DNA of 64,000 nt from Octopus sinensis (lineage: Eukaryota): contig NC_042997.1 in NCBI RefSeq assembly GCF_006345805.1, forward strand, positions 68,448,001-68,512,000, read 5' to 3'. Every line of letters begins with the position of its first letter. Within the stretch, counting starts at the first letter, position 1. Positions 26,834 through 40,250 of this stretch are shown here, one piece after another. The notes beneath the pieces are model-generated. The model was not told where the DNA came from. It saw nothing but the letters and a program-made list of their open reading frames with translations, and did no database searches. Position numbers and translations under genes: made by a program.

Positions 26834-29800
26834 GATTTCCATACCTAGATATCTAGATATTGATAAAAACGTATGCTATTAAAATGTTTTCACAAAGTAA
26901 ATGAATCAAAGCTTTTACATCAGACTTATAAAGCTACAGTCGTGTGACAATAAATAAGTGCTCTGTATACACTGCAGTGTCAAATATAGATACCAGCGTT
27001 TGGGGTACTTGACCGGATTATAGGGAAAATTTCACCCATGCGCACTAAAACCTCAAAGGTTTTGTGATCAACTGCAAACTTCAAAAGAAATAGTGATGTT
27101 ATTAGAGTTTTCCTTGGAGACAAAAAACAACTGTATCCGTGCGATCTTTGACTGCCGTACGGCATAATTCAGACAAATCCTGTTTATGCTCTTGCTTGGA
27201 AGAAAAAGCTGTTGTTATGACCTCGCGGACCCTACGAAACCAGTGATAGTGGTGCACTTAAAGTTTCTCGTCAACAGTTGTACTCGCCACACGGCAGCAG
27301 GGGAAACGTGTACAGGACGGGAAATCTGGAGGCACAGCATTTTACAAAGAAAAGCTTAATTAGGATGTTGTGGTTAGTGCGGGTTTCTGAGAGGAAGACG
27401 ATATGGAGGTCGGGAGGACGAGATACAAATGAATAGGAAGTGCCTGAGTGAAGGTCCGATGAAACATCAAAATTCTTACATCTGTAAGAAAGATTGCTCT
27501 GAAAAAAGACATAAAACGACAAAAAAAAAACAAAAACAAAAAAAACAAGCAAACAAATACGCATCGTTACAGCATTTACGACATAATAGACAAACGTACC
27601 AGCATCCACTTAAAATCTTTTACTGAATGTGAAGACAACAAATTTGGTTTGGTTATTTGGGACAGAAAACAAAAATCATGTTATCATTTTTAAAATTAGT
27701 AGGAAAGAGACCGTTTCTGATGAACTGCTTAAAAACCTGAAAGATAATTACTCAGATTATGCCGATGCATTTATGAATATTGGCTCACTGGCTTATATTA
27801 TCAAATGTTCAAATAATATGTTCAAGTTGATATGATTTCCGAAGAAAAATATTTTGCCTCTGTAAGACTGTGCAGTTTAGCATCTGACTCTTTACTCTTA
27901 CAGTAATCAAAATGAATGCCAGTAACGGAACCTTGTTTCAGCGGTAGAAACCAGTGTTTGTTTTTAAATGTATAACTAAATTTAAAGAAGTAGAAAAAGA
28001 ACATAAGTATACATATATTTCCGTATATGTGAAGTGTATGTTATGAGCGTGTTCACGCAGATATATGCATGCTTGCGTACAAGCGTGGCCTTTTAAAACT
28101 CAGTGATAAATTCTTTGAGGTTTTCTTTTCATAAATCAATTTATTTGCTATCTTCTGAAAGAATAGTCCCTCAGTACATGGTATGTGTATTTTCTTCTGA
28201 TTAATGTTTCGTTATTTTCCTTTTGTCTCTGGTTTCTCATTTAGAATTTACCCATACAGACTAGCAGACATTTAACTACTCGCTTTGACACGCAATGAAA
28301 CATTCATTCTCTTACTGAAGAAATAAAAGAAAAAGCACACAATGAACCATACCTCTCCTTCTTTTGCACCCCTGACGCCTTTTCCCTTTCTGTCTAACAC
28401 AAATAGACCGACAGAAAAGTGCACAATGTCTTTTTTTCTCTTTTTAATTTCTACGTTCCCATCTTTCTTTCATTTACACAGGTCCATTGTCTCTTATTCT
28501 GTGTATTTCTCGTATTCACTCTCTCAAATGCAGACACCTGGCATATGTGAATAAAACATTTTCTCCATTTATTATGTCGATATAAAGTATATTGACCATC
28601 TATTGACCAATACTGTATAAAATACACGAAATCTATACGCTTTTCCCACAATCCAAACATCAATTCATTTATCTTTTATATGTATAATACAAACAGATTT
28701 GTGTATACAATGGCGTGGAGTTTTGGTTTTTAATTTCAAACGCATTTCCCTTGAGAGAGATATCAGAGAAGAAACAACGTAAGTGAAATCTGAACCACGA
28801 CTATTGTGCCAGAATTACAGGAAGATGTTCAATTGGCGGTTAATGACATTGTTCTTGGTTTTTGCTCACACTAATCTCACGGGGAACTAATTCTATGAAG
28901 CGATTTCCTTTCTGATATTGAGCCAGTACTATGGAATAAACACGTTTACTTCATGAATCATTAAACGCTAACTAAAGACTCAGTGAAAAATCTCATATCA
29001 TCAGTGAGAGATTAACATTATTAAAAAAATATACGATTTTAACAGCTACCTTTATTAAGTATGCTAGCATTAACCTATTCCATGTCTTTCATGTGGATTA
29101 GATTTTTCATTTCTATAATTTCTAAGCAATTCTATTTTCACACAGCTTAGTAATTCTTTAATGATTACTCCGGCAAGTATCATGAAGAATATGCTTCAGT
29201 AAGTTGGCCAAAATAAGGTATAAACATATCCCGAAATATATACCGTACTTATCGGGAAAAAGAAACTATTATAATTCCTTGACTAATAGTAATATTTAAT
29301 TCATCTCATATTTATCTTCTAGATAAAATCTTAATATTCTATGCAATAAATATGAGAACACAAATTCACCTATAGATTTTCAACATATTTTTGTGTGATT
29401 TATTTTGCTCTAGCCTGGTGGATTCCCAACTTCGATGTTGTTTCTAAAAGTAGTAAATCAAATGACGCCTCTATGCGTCTGGTCTGTACAACAGACTGAA
29501 AGAAAAGAAAGACGGTCACGTGATGAAAAGAAAGATGGACGATGATCACATGTGAGCAACGAGAGAGAGATAGAGAGTAAAGGAGAAAGAGGGAGTGAAA
29601 GAGAGAGATAGAGAGACAGACAGAAAGAAAATGGTTAAGGGGAGAAAAACAGAATTAGAGAAAGGATGAAAAAAACGAAATGGGAAAAGGGGAGAAAAAA
29701 GTATTAGAGAAAGGAATGGAGAGAAAAGGAAAGGAAGAGAGAGAACAGTATAGGGTAGAGTCTCATCAAAATTATTAAGATAAACTTACTTGGAAATGGA

Positions 29801-29845
29801 TGCGTGGCATTCAATCATATAATAATATAAATGAAATATATATTT

Positions 29846-30015
<170 letters not shown>

Positions 30016-30343
30016 ATGCACTGTCCTATTAAACATGTTTCCTTAAAGTAAATACGAGAATAGGAATTTTCCAAATTAATGTATGCAGTTTTTGAGAAAA
30101 CTACTCTTTGACAAAAAACGTGCACTAATTCATCAACAAATCCTTAAAGTATTTTTTCATATAACTAATGCGGTGGGCTGGCGGAGTCGTTACACCACCG
30201 GGAAAAATACTTAGCGGCAATGAGTTCTTTCTCAATCTTCCAGACTCATATAAAGAATTTTCTACATAAACTTTTAACTGCTGCCATTGCAATTTTACGT
30301 TTACGAATTTAGCTAACTATACTGAAATTTATTTTATAACGAA

Positions 30344-30737
30344 CTAGCAGTATCGCCCGGCGTTGCTCGGGTTTGTAAGGGAAATAACTATATAAGCATT
30401 TTTAGAGATGTAAAGTATAATAGCCATCTCAATATGGCTAACCACAAAGGGGAGTGTTACTGTAGCTTTTTACGTTCTGAGATTTAATAATACATTTTTA
30501 GAGAGTTACTTCTCCTATATAATAGCAAAAAAATGCATTAAAAATGGGGAAAAATGATGGTAATTTTTTTTAAAATCGTAGACTCATCGTAAACGCGCGC
30601 TAATACCCAGAAGAGCTCGATATGTATCACGACTATAAGATACCCGCTTTTGGTTACACTGCACCGCAAAATGTGGGAGTAGTTAGGAATCTAAATCGTA
30701 GGAGACAGACACACAACTTCACTTTTATATATAAAGA
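30344..30737 (-). mobile_element. Complete 394-bp non-autonomous Helitron
   Basis: Minus strand: a^TCTTTATATATAAAAGTGAAGTTGTGTGTCTG ... CCCGAGCAACGCCGGGCGATACTGCTAG^t; canonical TC and CTAG ends, 3' GC-rich hairpin, A^T insertion site. Confidence 0.85.
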
Positions 30738-31464
30738 TTTTCTGGAAAATGGGTTAGTCCCTTATAGGCTTATCATGGAACAATAATTAATTTACTGCAT
30801 TTACGATAGCAGAAACTAAATGAGAACATCTGTGAAGACAGGAGAAATATATATCACTAAGTAATTTCGTTCCAAATGACCGATTTTTTGTTTACTCGTA
30901 AATGTTTACGTCCTTCACCTACATACCATATACACAGATGGAAGATACACACACGCTTATCCAGAACTTGATTGCAATGCGTACTTCCTAACCATTCTTG
31001 CTTTATAAATTTATTTCCTTAAGCTGTTTATTTTAAGCTATTTTTGTTGTTCTAATTTGGCGTCTCTTATGTCAGTTATTGAGTTCCGAGAGCTAATCCT
31101 TTTGAATGTTTTTTATTTTCCTGTAAGGGGCTACAAGTATGTGTCGTAAGAAATGGAGACTGTTCCACTTGTGTTTGATATGCTTTGTTGGGATTCGTTA
31201 ATACTACACGTGTGTTTATTTCGTTTGCTTCTATACCTATAAATATGTTGGCTGATTACTTGCTTCCAAAGATTTTTACACTTTTCGTGTGTAGTTATTG
31301 CATTCATTCCTTCTGAATGTTGTAGTAAATCACGTTATTCTCTACATTTTCTGTTTTACTTTAATATTAGCCATGGAGATAAAAGTCAAAAATCATATTG
31401 TGTTTTTTTAACTTTTATCTCCTTTTATTTTTGACACTTACTGAACTGTGGGCGGGCTTCAAGT

Positions 31465-31530
31465 AAAACTGTAGAACGCTTCACGAATTTGAGTGTCATC
31501 TTTGCGTAGGTGCCATCTCTGAATCAGCAC
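31465..31530 (-). pseudogene. RNU6: U6 snRNA pseudogene: 3' half plus internally deleted 5' remnants
   Basis: Minus strand ATGGCACCTACGCAAAGATGACACTCAAATTCGTGAAGCGTTC matches the metazoan U6 3' half (recalled vertebrate sequence) at 39/43 and ends in TTTT; upstream GTGCT + GATTCAGAG. Confidence 0.85.
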
Positions 31531-34500
31531 GGAAAATGTCTTTTATTTTTAGTTGGCAGGTTGTAGGTCGGTAGCTTATTTGGAAGAGAAGTGCCAATAT
31601 AGTAGGACACGAAATATAACACAAGGTGGGGAGATTGGCTTATTTAGTTATAAAGGCTTACCATTCAGAAACATGATTCCTTTTTGCATGCAGTCACTCC
31701 TCTAAGCATTGAAGAGCTTCTGCCCCGCAAAAGTTTGAAAGCTAAGCACACTGGTACTTTGTACTTTACCAACATCTGATCACACCTATGTCACTACAAA
31801 CTTTTGAAGAGGGAGGCTTGATCTAAAGAACACTTTTATCTATGTCACTGATGTGTGGTTATTATGAAAAATTACCAAATAAATAGCCCTTTTATTTATT
31901 TGGGGTATAGGGAAGTGTGTGATCACGACTTTCGCAGTGGCGTTCATATAATTAAAATTCCTCTTATAGCATTGCACAACAGCAACACGTACAATGGGGG
32001 AGGTAACGATAAAAAAGACTTTTGATTGAGTGTTCCTCAGAGGGGAAACCTCGAATTCAGCTAGTGTTGAAGAGCAGCGGCCATAGTATTATCAAATATA
32101 GAGACTGCATGCATGTGGGCCAAGGATTGACATGAATTTGCGCATGATGTGTTTGTGAAGATTCTAATAGGGATCGAAGGATAGGGATACTAAATATAAA
32201 TAGATACCCACATTGACATCTGCACAGTTCACAGCACACACACAAATAAATTACACAAATATACATACGCACACACAAACACATACATAAATACATATAT
32301 GTATACATACATACATACACACACAGAGATATATGTATGCAAGCATATATGAACGTGGGTGTGCAATTCGATGGATAGCCAGATGAAGAGGAGAAAGAAA
32401 ATACATATAAATAAAATGATAAATGTCTTAGCAGATAGTGAGATGAATATATATGCGTATGTATCGAGAGAGAGAGAGAGAGAGAGGGGGAGAGAAAGAG
32501 AGTAAGAGAGGTGGGGAAGAGAAGTACAGATAGAGGGAGAGAAACATTGTGAAGAGACATAGAGACAGATATATATTTAGATAGATTGTAGGCTCTATTG
32601 TATTGGAACTTCTCATTGCTGTCTTTACTATATGACATTTATTTCCAGGCTTCTCACAGATATATGTTTCCCAAACTAATATAATTTATTTCGACTCCAA
32701 TATTCAGCTCTTATGTAAACACAAGTTAAGAAGAAAAAAATATTTTTATACGTAAGAGAAAACCAATACGAAATGAAACATACCTATGCAAATGCATGCG
32801 TGTATTTTTGCTTTTCTATGTTTATTTAGTTCAGGAAAAATTAATAACGTACATTAAGGGACAAACACGTCACGGAACTATTTTTTCCACTTGGCGCCTG
32901 TATTGTTAACTGAATATTTTATAACCTTAGTCTCGTTGCAATATCATTTAGCGTTACTGAAAATATTTAAAAATGCCTTACTAGAAAATAGACGCTGTTA
33001 ATGTACTGACAAATTCAATATTATTTTGGAACAAATATCAACAATATCTTCTTAGTTTTGTTGATATTATTAAGATGCATCCTCAATCTAGTCATGTTGA
33101 ATTTCTTGCTGATTGACTCTAACAGGGCTTTACTAAGTGTGTGGATTCATGTTTTAACCAATTTGGCACATATTAGCATAGAATATTGCAATATACACAG
33201 TTATATGCTACCGTTTGTGTGCGCTTGTCCCTCTCTCTCTCTCCCTATATATATATATATATCAAATTAAACGCAACATATATAAAACCACACACAGAGG
33301 CATCCATGCCACAGTCGTGAAAATATTACTTATAAGTAATTCTCTGAAATACATTAACGTAAGAAATGATTTTTGTTTTTGCATAAGCCAAGACGCTTCA
33401 TCTATACAAAGTAATCTCTAAGTAACTGGGTAATTAACTGATAAACACGCTTGACATGTTGGTAATAAAATTAATAGGAGCCCATAACTGATGGGCTTCA
33501 TACTGTGTTCAATGGAAATTTTGAACACATATATACTCTGTAGTATATTTTGCAATCTTCTCTTGTAGCTATCAAATTTTTGTGGTGTTAATGAGAGGCA
33601 AGTGATAGTGGATCGGCCGTCGGACAAAGTGCTTTCTGTATCAGTTACGGTTTTTTACCTTTGACTATGCTTTCGTACTTCTGGAGTCAATATAATGAAG
33701 CCACAGACATACGCATACACACCTATAAATATATGTGCGTGACAAAATTAGCAAATGCTCCTGATGTTGGCAGTATCCCATACAAGTCTATAACAAGTAT
33801 GGTGGGAAGTAATTCCGCTATAGACTTTTCCAATTCTTCAGAGAATGCTTGCAAAACAGTAGCCTCTTTTAATATATCAAGGTTGCACAGATAATCACCA
33901 TTTATAACGAAAAGGTAGATGAACTGTAGAAATTACTGTGGAACTTTCCTTCTGTCATATACAGGGAAAATCCTAACAAGAATAATGTTCACAAGATTAC
34001 AAAAAAAATAGCCAAAATAATTCTTTCCGAAAGTCATAGTGAATGTCATGTGTCTAGGAGCACCAACTCTATTCTTGTCATATTGCGACAAATTCACATA
34101 AATGTCTGAGAACCTATATATTCCCTTTACGTTTTATTTATTGCTTCTGAATTGTGGGAAGAAATTGTTTATGTACCCTGATCAAAAGATGCGACTCTAC
34201 GGAAAAAAAATTGGGAGATAATCAAGCAGTTTCACAATAATATGTCTGCTACTCCTTGTTTGTGAGTGACAGCTCAGCGCCCTTTCTGGTTACCCATGGA
34301 GTAAACCAGGGAACGAAATTCATTCCAATGCTATTTGCATTATTTTGGAATGATTTCACATGCGGAATGTGGTCAGTGGATTATTAAAAGTATCTAGATT
34401 AAGTTGCACTAAAAATTACCACGATATGTGTATTTGTAAAATTCATAAAATAATGTCTTGGTTGTAGAGCTCATTCACAGGGAGATATCCAAAAGAGTAA

Positions 34501-34799
34501 GCATCTATTGCAGCGGCATGCGCTTTTAGACTATCCATAAATGTAAAGAAGATAGAGATCGCGTTTTAACGTAAATCTGGGGTGATGGAATACGGACCAC
34601 CGACCAACTAATTGGAGTGAAAGAGTTAACGTGTTAGGGATTTACAATTTCTGATAGCAACAGCCTGCACACAGATGGAGATGGATCGCCGCATACAGTA
34701 AGCTGAAGTCGATTGTAGAAATAACATGGCATAAACAAAATACAAAGTATAATACTGAGCAGTAGTATTATCCGAAGTAATGATTAAAGGCCTACACTA

Positions 34800-35260
34800 G
34801 TTGGTCGTCATATCATAAAACTGGATGAGCTGCTGTTTGTACTATTTAAGATCTATAATCAACATTTCTTAGCGAGCCTAAATATCCAAGCATGATGACT
34901 GTATTGTGCTAATTTGCATAGTGTTGAATCTGTACAGCTGGACTCGCAGTTGCGCAGGTTGAGACATGCGATCTATATCGAGGAGACTAGGATCCTCAAA
35001 GCTGTGTTCTACAGTGCGCAGAAACTCAAAATGTTTCGAAAATGGTACCGAAAAGGATATCATCAGAAGACATGTCAGTGCAGCGGATGAGCCAGATGCC
35101 ACTGAATGGCAGTAGACAGTGACTGACCAAGAAGGAATAAATCTTCCAAAGTCGAATTAAAGGGAGCAAGAAAAAGAAAAGACACACAACACTATTCCAG
35201 CAACAGTTTTCTGTAATATCTGCGACCGGCTTTTTCTAGTATCTTTTAGTTATTCGTTCA
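34800..35260 (+). mobile_element. Decayed RTE/BovB-like LINE 3' region
   Basis: VESVQLDSQLRRLRHAIYIEETRILKAVFYS resembles the RTE motif QLRW.GHV.RM...R.PK..FY; terminal FCNICDR zinc-finger remnant. Confidence 0.6.
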
Positions 35261-35359
35261 TATGAAACGAGCAATAAGAACAGTGTCTTCCCATGTTATC
35301 AAGTAATACTCAGTACGAGTGACCGGGAGAACGATAATGTATGAATGTATGTGTATGTG

Positions 35360-35428
<69 letters not shown>

Positions 35429-35584
35429 TGTGTGTGTTTGGACGTGTGTGCTTTTCCTGTACTCATACACAAACACATACTTTCATGCGTGTGCAGACAC
35501 AACAAAGCATGTGGTTGTAGTTAAATTACTTTCCAACATTAGTACAAGACCATATATTTCTGAGATGAAAAAACAATTTGAATA

Positions 35585-35720
35585 CACTCTAGCACTTGAC
35601 TGGTATTTACTTTCGTCAAATTCTGAAAGCAAGGTTAACCTCGGCAGAATTCCAACTCAGAATGTAAAGAACAAGAAATGAATACCACAAGGCATATCCG
35701 ACTCTGCCAATTCTGCCAAT
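35585..35720 (-). mobile_element. Degenerate SINE (12789 family)
   Basis: actggtatttac...gcaaggttaacctcggcagaattccaactcagaatgtaaag...ctctgcca. Confidence 0.6.
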
Positions 35721-36904
35721 TCATTGTATCTGGATACAATATTTACATAATAATTCTTCGTTAATACTGAAATATCATACTTGTCACGATGTGATTATGG
35801 TTATCCAGTTTTTCTTCAATGACGCAGAATTTCTAGACAATTTGTATAGAATGTTGAATCTGTTCTCACCTATTACAAGCACTTTTTTTTAACGACATCA
35901 ATTTCAAATATCGAGTAATATAAATATATTTCTAATGAAAATGTGTGATATTCATGCTGGAATGGTAGGAGGTATACGATGAGTATTTAGCAATGTGAAT
36001 AATGATTGAATTCTTCATGCAACTGCTCAAATGGCTTATAGAATTGAATAATAATTAATCGATTCTATTAGAGGTTATCAATAGTTTGAATTACCAACTC
36101 AAATTTCTACTTTCAGAGTTTTCTCTTCTGCTGAATAATAATTGCTATGAGACAATACAAATGCCATATTACAAGTACAGGAGTTTTCAATGTTATGTTG
36201 TATATGTCATATTGTATGATAAACTTTTGCTTTTTATATGATTCCTTTTTTATTATTGATATTTGCAGACAATCAATATGAAAATGCAAAGCTATTTATC
36301 GAATGCTTGAAACTGCAAAGGCGTCAGAATTTAGTCTGCAGGAAATTTTTAAAATTATTCTAAAATATAAAAGACAATAATATTTATAGACAACGACCCA
36401 ATCGCAAATGATAAAAGTAGCATTGCATTGAAAAACAGTGCGCAAATAAAGAGCATAACAGCAATGAGTGAGACGGCCTGGCCTTATAATGTTCATATAT
36501 TTTCTTTCTATCATTTCAAAAATAAGCATTAATCTATAAAGGCGTTCTGTAGATACATATTCTTTTTTTATGAATGAGATACGCATTTTGACTTCATGAT
36601 GAAAACTACCGTGTGTGGCATATAAATATTTACCTGTTATTCATTTTATCATAAAATGGCAAGATTAGCTACTAGCGACAGAAGCATACAAACTTTTGAC
36701 GAATTAATGTTGGCTTATTTAGGATCAAGTGACTTAAATGCTAATGTCTCACATACTCTGCATGCGTTTAATAGCATATGTATGTGTGACTAAAATCGAA
36801 CGGCAAATGAAAATTAAGGTGGACCAGTTATTAGCTTGTTGAAAATGTTGAAAATATGTAAACAAAAATGTTACTATAAATATCACGCTTTATCTCCCTC
36901 CCTC

Positions 36905-36940
<36 letters not shown>

Positions 36941-37340
36941 CTTTCTCTCTCTCTCTCACTCTATATATATATATATATATATATATATGACATAACAAAT
37001 GAGAGACAGAAAATGAAATATACAAGAATTTATAATTAATCACGAAAATTGTTTCCACACATTTAGCATCGGGTCCTCTTGGGTGGGACACTCAACAACT
37101 GGTTCATATAAATGTATGTCTGTATGTATGCGTGTATGTATGTATGTATGTATGTATGTATGTATGTATGTATGTATGTATGTATGTATGTATGTACGTA
37201 CGTATGTGTATGTGCGTGTGTGTGTGTGTGTATATATATATACATACATAAATATTCATGTATGTATATATATACACATATGTATGTATTATATATACAT
37301 ACATACACACACACACGTATATATATATGTAAATTAATAA

Positions 37341-38811
37341 CAGGGGAACATTTCAAAAAAATTTTTAGTTGTTTTGCTTTTTGCAATTAGTCCTACCTAA
37401 TTTGATGGTGTTGGGTTCAGAAAAGCCCCCAGAAAATTCTTATCACGTCAAGATTTTTTGTTAAACAGGAATTAATTTTTTTACCAGAAAATGTCAATTT
37501 TGCCATTAAATGCAAGACTTAAATAAGAAACTAACATAAACCAAATATGTTTAATAGATATATTACACAAAATATTTAACTAGACATCTTAGAATAGGAG
37601 CGAACACTCTTTTTGTTGCTGTATGAGAGTAAATTGCAACATGACAGTCTCTTTGCAGTGATCAGCAGTAGACAGCACCATGTCGGTGTTATACCTGCCT
37701 TGATACCTTATCCCCATGTTCTCGATGTCTTGGTGGAATCTTTTTCCTTGCTCATCACCATTGCCTTAGGGTTTTCAGGGAAGTAGTCCAGATGACTATG
37801 TAGGAAATGTACATTTCTACACATGTTGCAGCCCAGTGCTCGAAAACTGGTTAACAGAGTCTGCACGAGATCGTCATAATTTGATGGATTGCAGTTTCTC
37901 AGGAAATCATATAAAACTGCAACAAAAGCATTCCATGCTTCTTTTTCAATGCCAGGCATGGTCTTCAAAAATAGCTCGTCCTGCAATAGTCACCTAATAT
38001 GTAGCCCGTCAAACACTCCAACCTTATTTTTCTCACAAGACAAAGCTGGAAATTTCCTGCATAAGTATTTGAAGCAGTCACTGTCTCAGTGTTTCAACAC
38101 ATATTTTGCACACTCTATGGGATGCCCAAGCTTTATCTTGTCACGCACTCTCATACTAAAGTAAAGAAGTAAGGTTAACGTTCTTCGAAAAATCTGTGAA
38201 TTTCTTAAGTGCCTAATCCAGACATAAGCAAAAGATATCGGGACTGTTTTTACATTCCCTTCTCTCACAACTGGCCATATTTCTGAAATACAAAACATGT
38301 TCAAGCCAGTTGTCAGCTGGTAAAACATTTTCAGAATAATAAACAGTTATAAAGTAAGCAAATGAAGATTTGTGATGGCAAAGTTCCATAAAAATCATAC
38401 ATACCACGAAGTTCTTTCTATAGTTCTCTGAACATGCTTAACTGAAAGTGACCTTGACCCCTGTGACCTCACATCAAAACATTAAGAGCACATTCAAAAC
38501 ACCAATTTTCATAAGAGACAGTTAAAAGTTCAAGAAAATATGTCTCATCTAGTTTGCAATGATAGTCACACTAAGCAAGGTGTGGGCATATCTGCAGATA
38601 AATTCCATAAATATGAGACGCATGGTGTCAAGGAATACAAAAATATGTTGTTTCTTAACATCTAATCGTATAAAGGACATTTCTGTCATCTATCCTTAGA
38701 AATGGTGACAATACCAGAAATCTTGAAAGATTTCATTTTAGAAATCAGCACCCCCGAATTAAAAGGAAACATGTTTCCAACATCAGACAACAAAAACCTT
38801 GTTCCCCAGTG
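37341..38811 (-). mobile_element. Decayed DNA transposon, probably Chapaev3 (CMC superfamily), with internally deleted transposase
   Basis: TIRs caggggaaca / tgttccccagtg flanked by TAA; minus-strand remnants FCLCLD, KIKLG, YLCRKFPALS, EKEAWNAFVAV..FL.N..NYDDLV..LL..F.ALGCNM..VHFLHSHLDYFPEN, DEQG..FHQDI, RYQGR. Superfamily assignment is from recall. Confidence 0.75.
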
Positions 38812-39968
38812 TAATTAAGGGTACTAGCTAGCAGTACAAGCATGCTGATACAGCAGTCAAACTGACCAAACCACAAGTTATCACAAAAAAGAAAGGTGAA
38901 ATCGGGCAAATGAATAAAAACCCTAAGAATCCCATCCCATAATACATATGGTGTTAAAATTTCTAATCTCCTTACTCATCTGTAAAGAGAACGTCTCTAA
39001 AACCTCTTTTACTTACAAATAACCGTTAGAGCCTTAGTTATAGTTAATACCTAATTGGATTCACATCTCTTGTTCTCATAAGGATAAATTTGAATCTCCT
39101 AGATTCTATTCTGCTATTTCCTTTCTCAAGTTCTTTGTAAAAATTTTGCTTATACTTCTTGCACTGCAGAGTACATTGATATATAATTTATTAAACTAAT
39201 TTAATTTAATTCAATCATGAATTTACATTATTTTCATATCTGTACGAAATGATCGTCTCCATGAAGTAAAATTCTCATATATTTTCACTTCTCCATTTTT
39301 AACTAAATTGTTGCATTTTATGGGATTTCTTTCCATAATTTCACAACACATCATATACATAGATAGATAGATAGATAGATACATACATACATACATACAT
39401 ACATACATACATACATACATACATGCATACTTATATACATACATGTATATGTGTGTATAAATGTGCCTGTGTACACTACACAAAACCTGGATTTACTTAC
39501 ATTGATTACATTTCTGTAAAAACTTCGTTTAAGATATAGTGAGGGATTGCACAACCAAGCAGAGCTAGACAGCGGTACCTGCATCATGACGGCACGTGTA
39601 GATATGAGAGGTCCCGTGTAAAAGTTCTTAACAAAACTTTTAGTCTTTGAATATACTTTCTAGTTAAACAAACAAAAATCTTAGATTCCCTAAGTCATTC
39701 TTCTTGGCATATTTTTCAAAGCTTTAAAAGCAAGCAGAGAACTAACAGAACCGTTAGAGCGAAGGGCAAACTGCTTGCACCACATTTTCCAATTCTCTGC
39801 ACTCAATTCCAGACGAGGTCAACTTTGTCCTTCTTTGTTTTGGTATCAATAAAATAACCAGTCCGAGATGGTAGATTTTGTGGAGTTTTGGGGCTTCAAC
39901 AAAACATCTTGCAGTTGTTGCTATGAAAATACACATTATGAGTTCTTGGGTGGTGTAATTAATCTAAT

Positions 39969-40250
39969 GAAGGCGCATGGCCTAGTGGTCATGCGTGTTG
40001 CACTCACGATCGTGTTTCGACTCCCAGACCGGCGGCGCGTTGTGTTTGGGGGCAAAACACATTTCAAGTTGCTCCAGTTCACTCTGCTGTAAATGGGTAA
40101 CCCTGCCACAGTTTAGCTTCCAATCAGGGAGAATGTTGACCTGTTCGTTCAGGCAGCGGGGTGGCATCATTCGAAAGCAAAAACCATGCAACACGCATTG
40201 TAACCAGCGATGTATAACCACATTCTATAGTCTGGTCGATCAAACGATAA
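39969..40250 (+). mobile_element. tRNA-headed SINE
   Basis: gaaggcgcatggcctagtggtc..gttgcactcacgatcg..tttcgactccc..gcgttgtgtt..ctccagttcactctgctgtaaatgggtaac; paralog of the 4572 copy. Confidence 0.75.

Noticed and set aside
27270-27490. Minus-strand DLHIVFLSETR, reminiscent of a LINE AP-endonuclease motif
   Set aside because: A single short motif is too weak to annotate
33700-33925. Minus-strand open frame FIYLFVINGDYLCNLDILKEATVLQAFSEELEK...
   Set aside because: No identifiable family; could be decayed LINE linker sequence or chance
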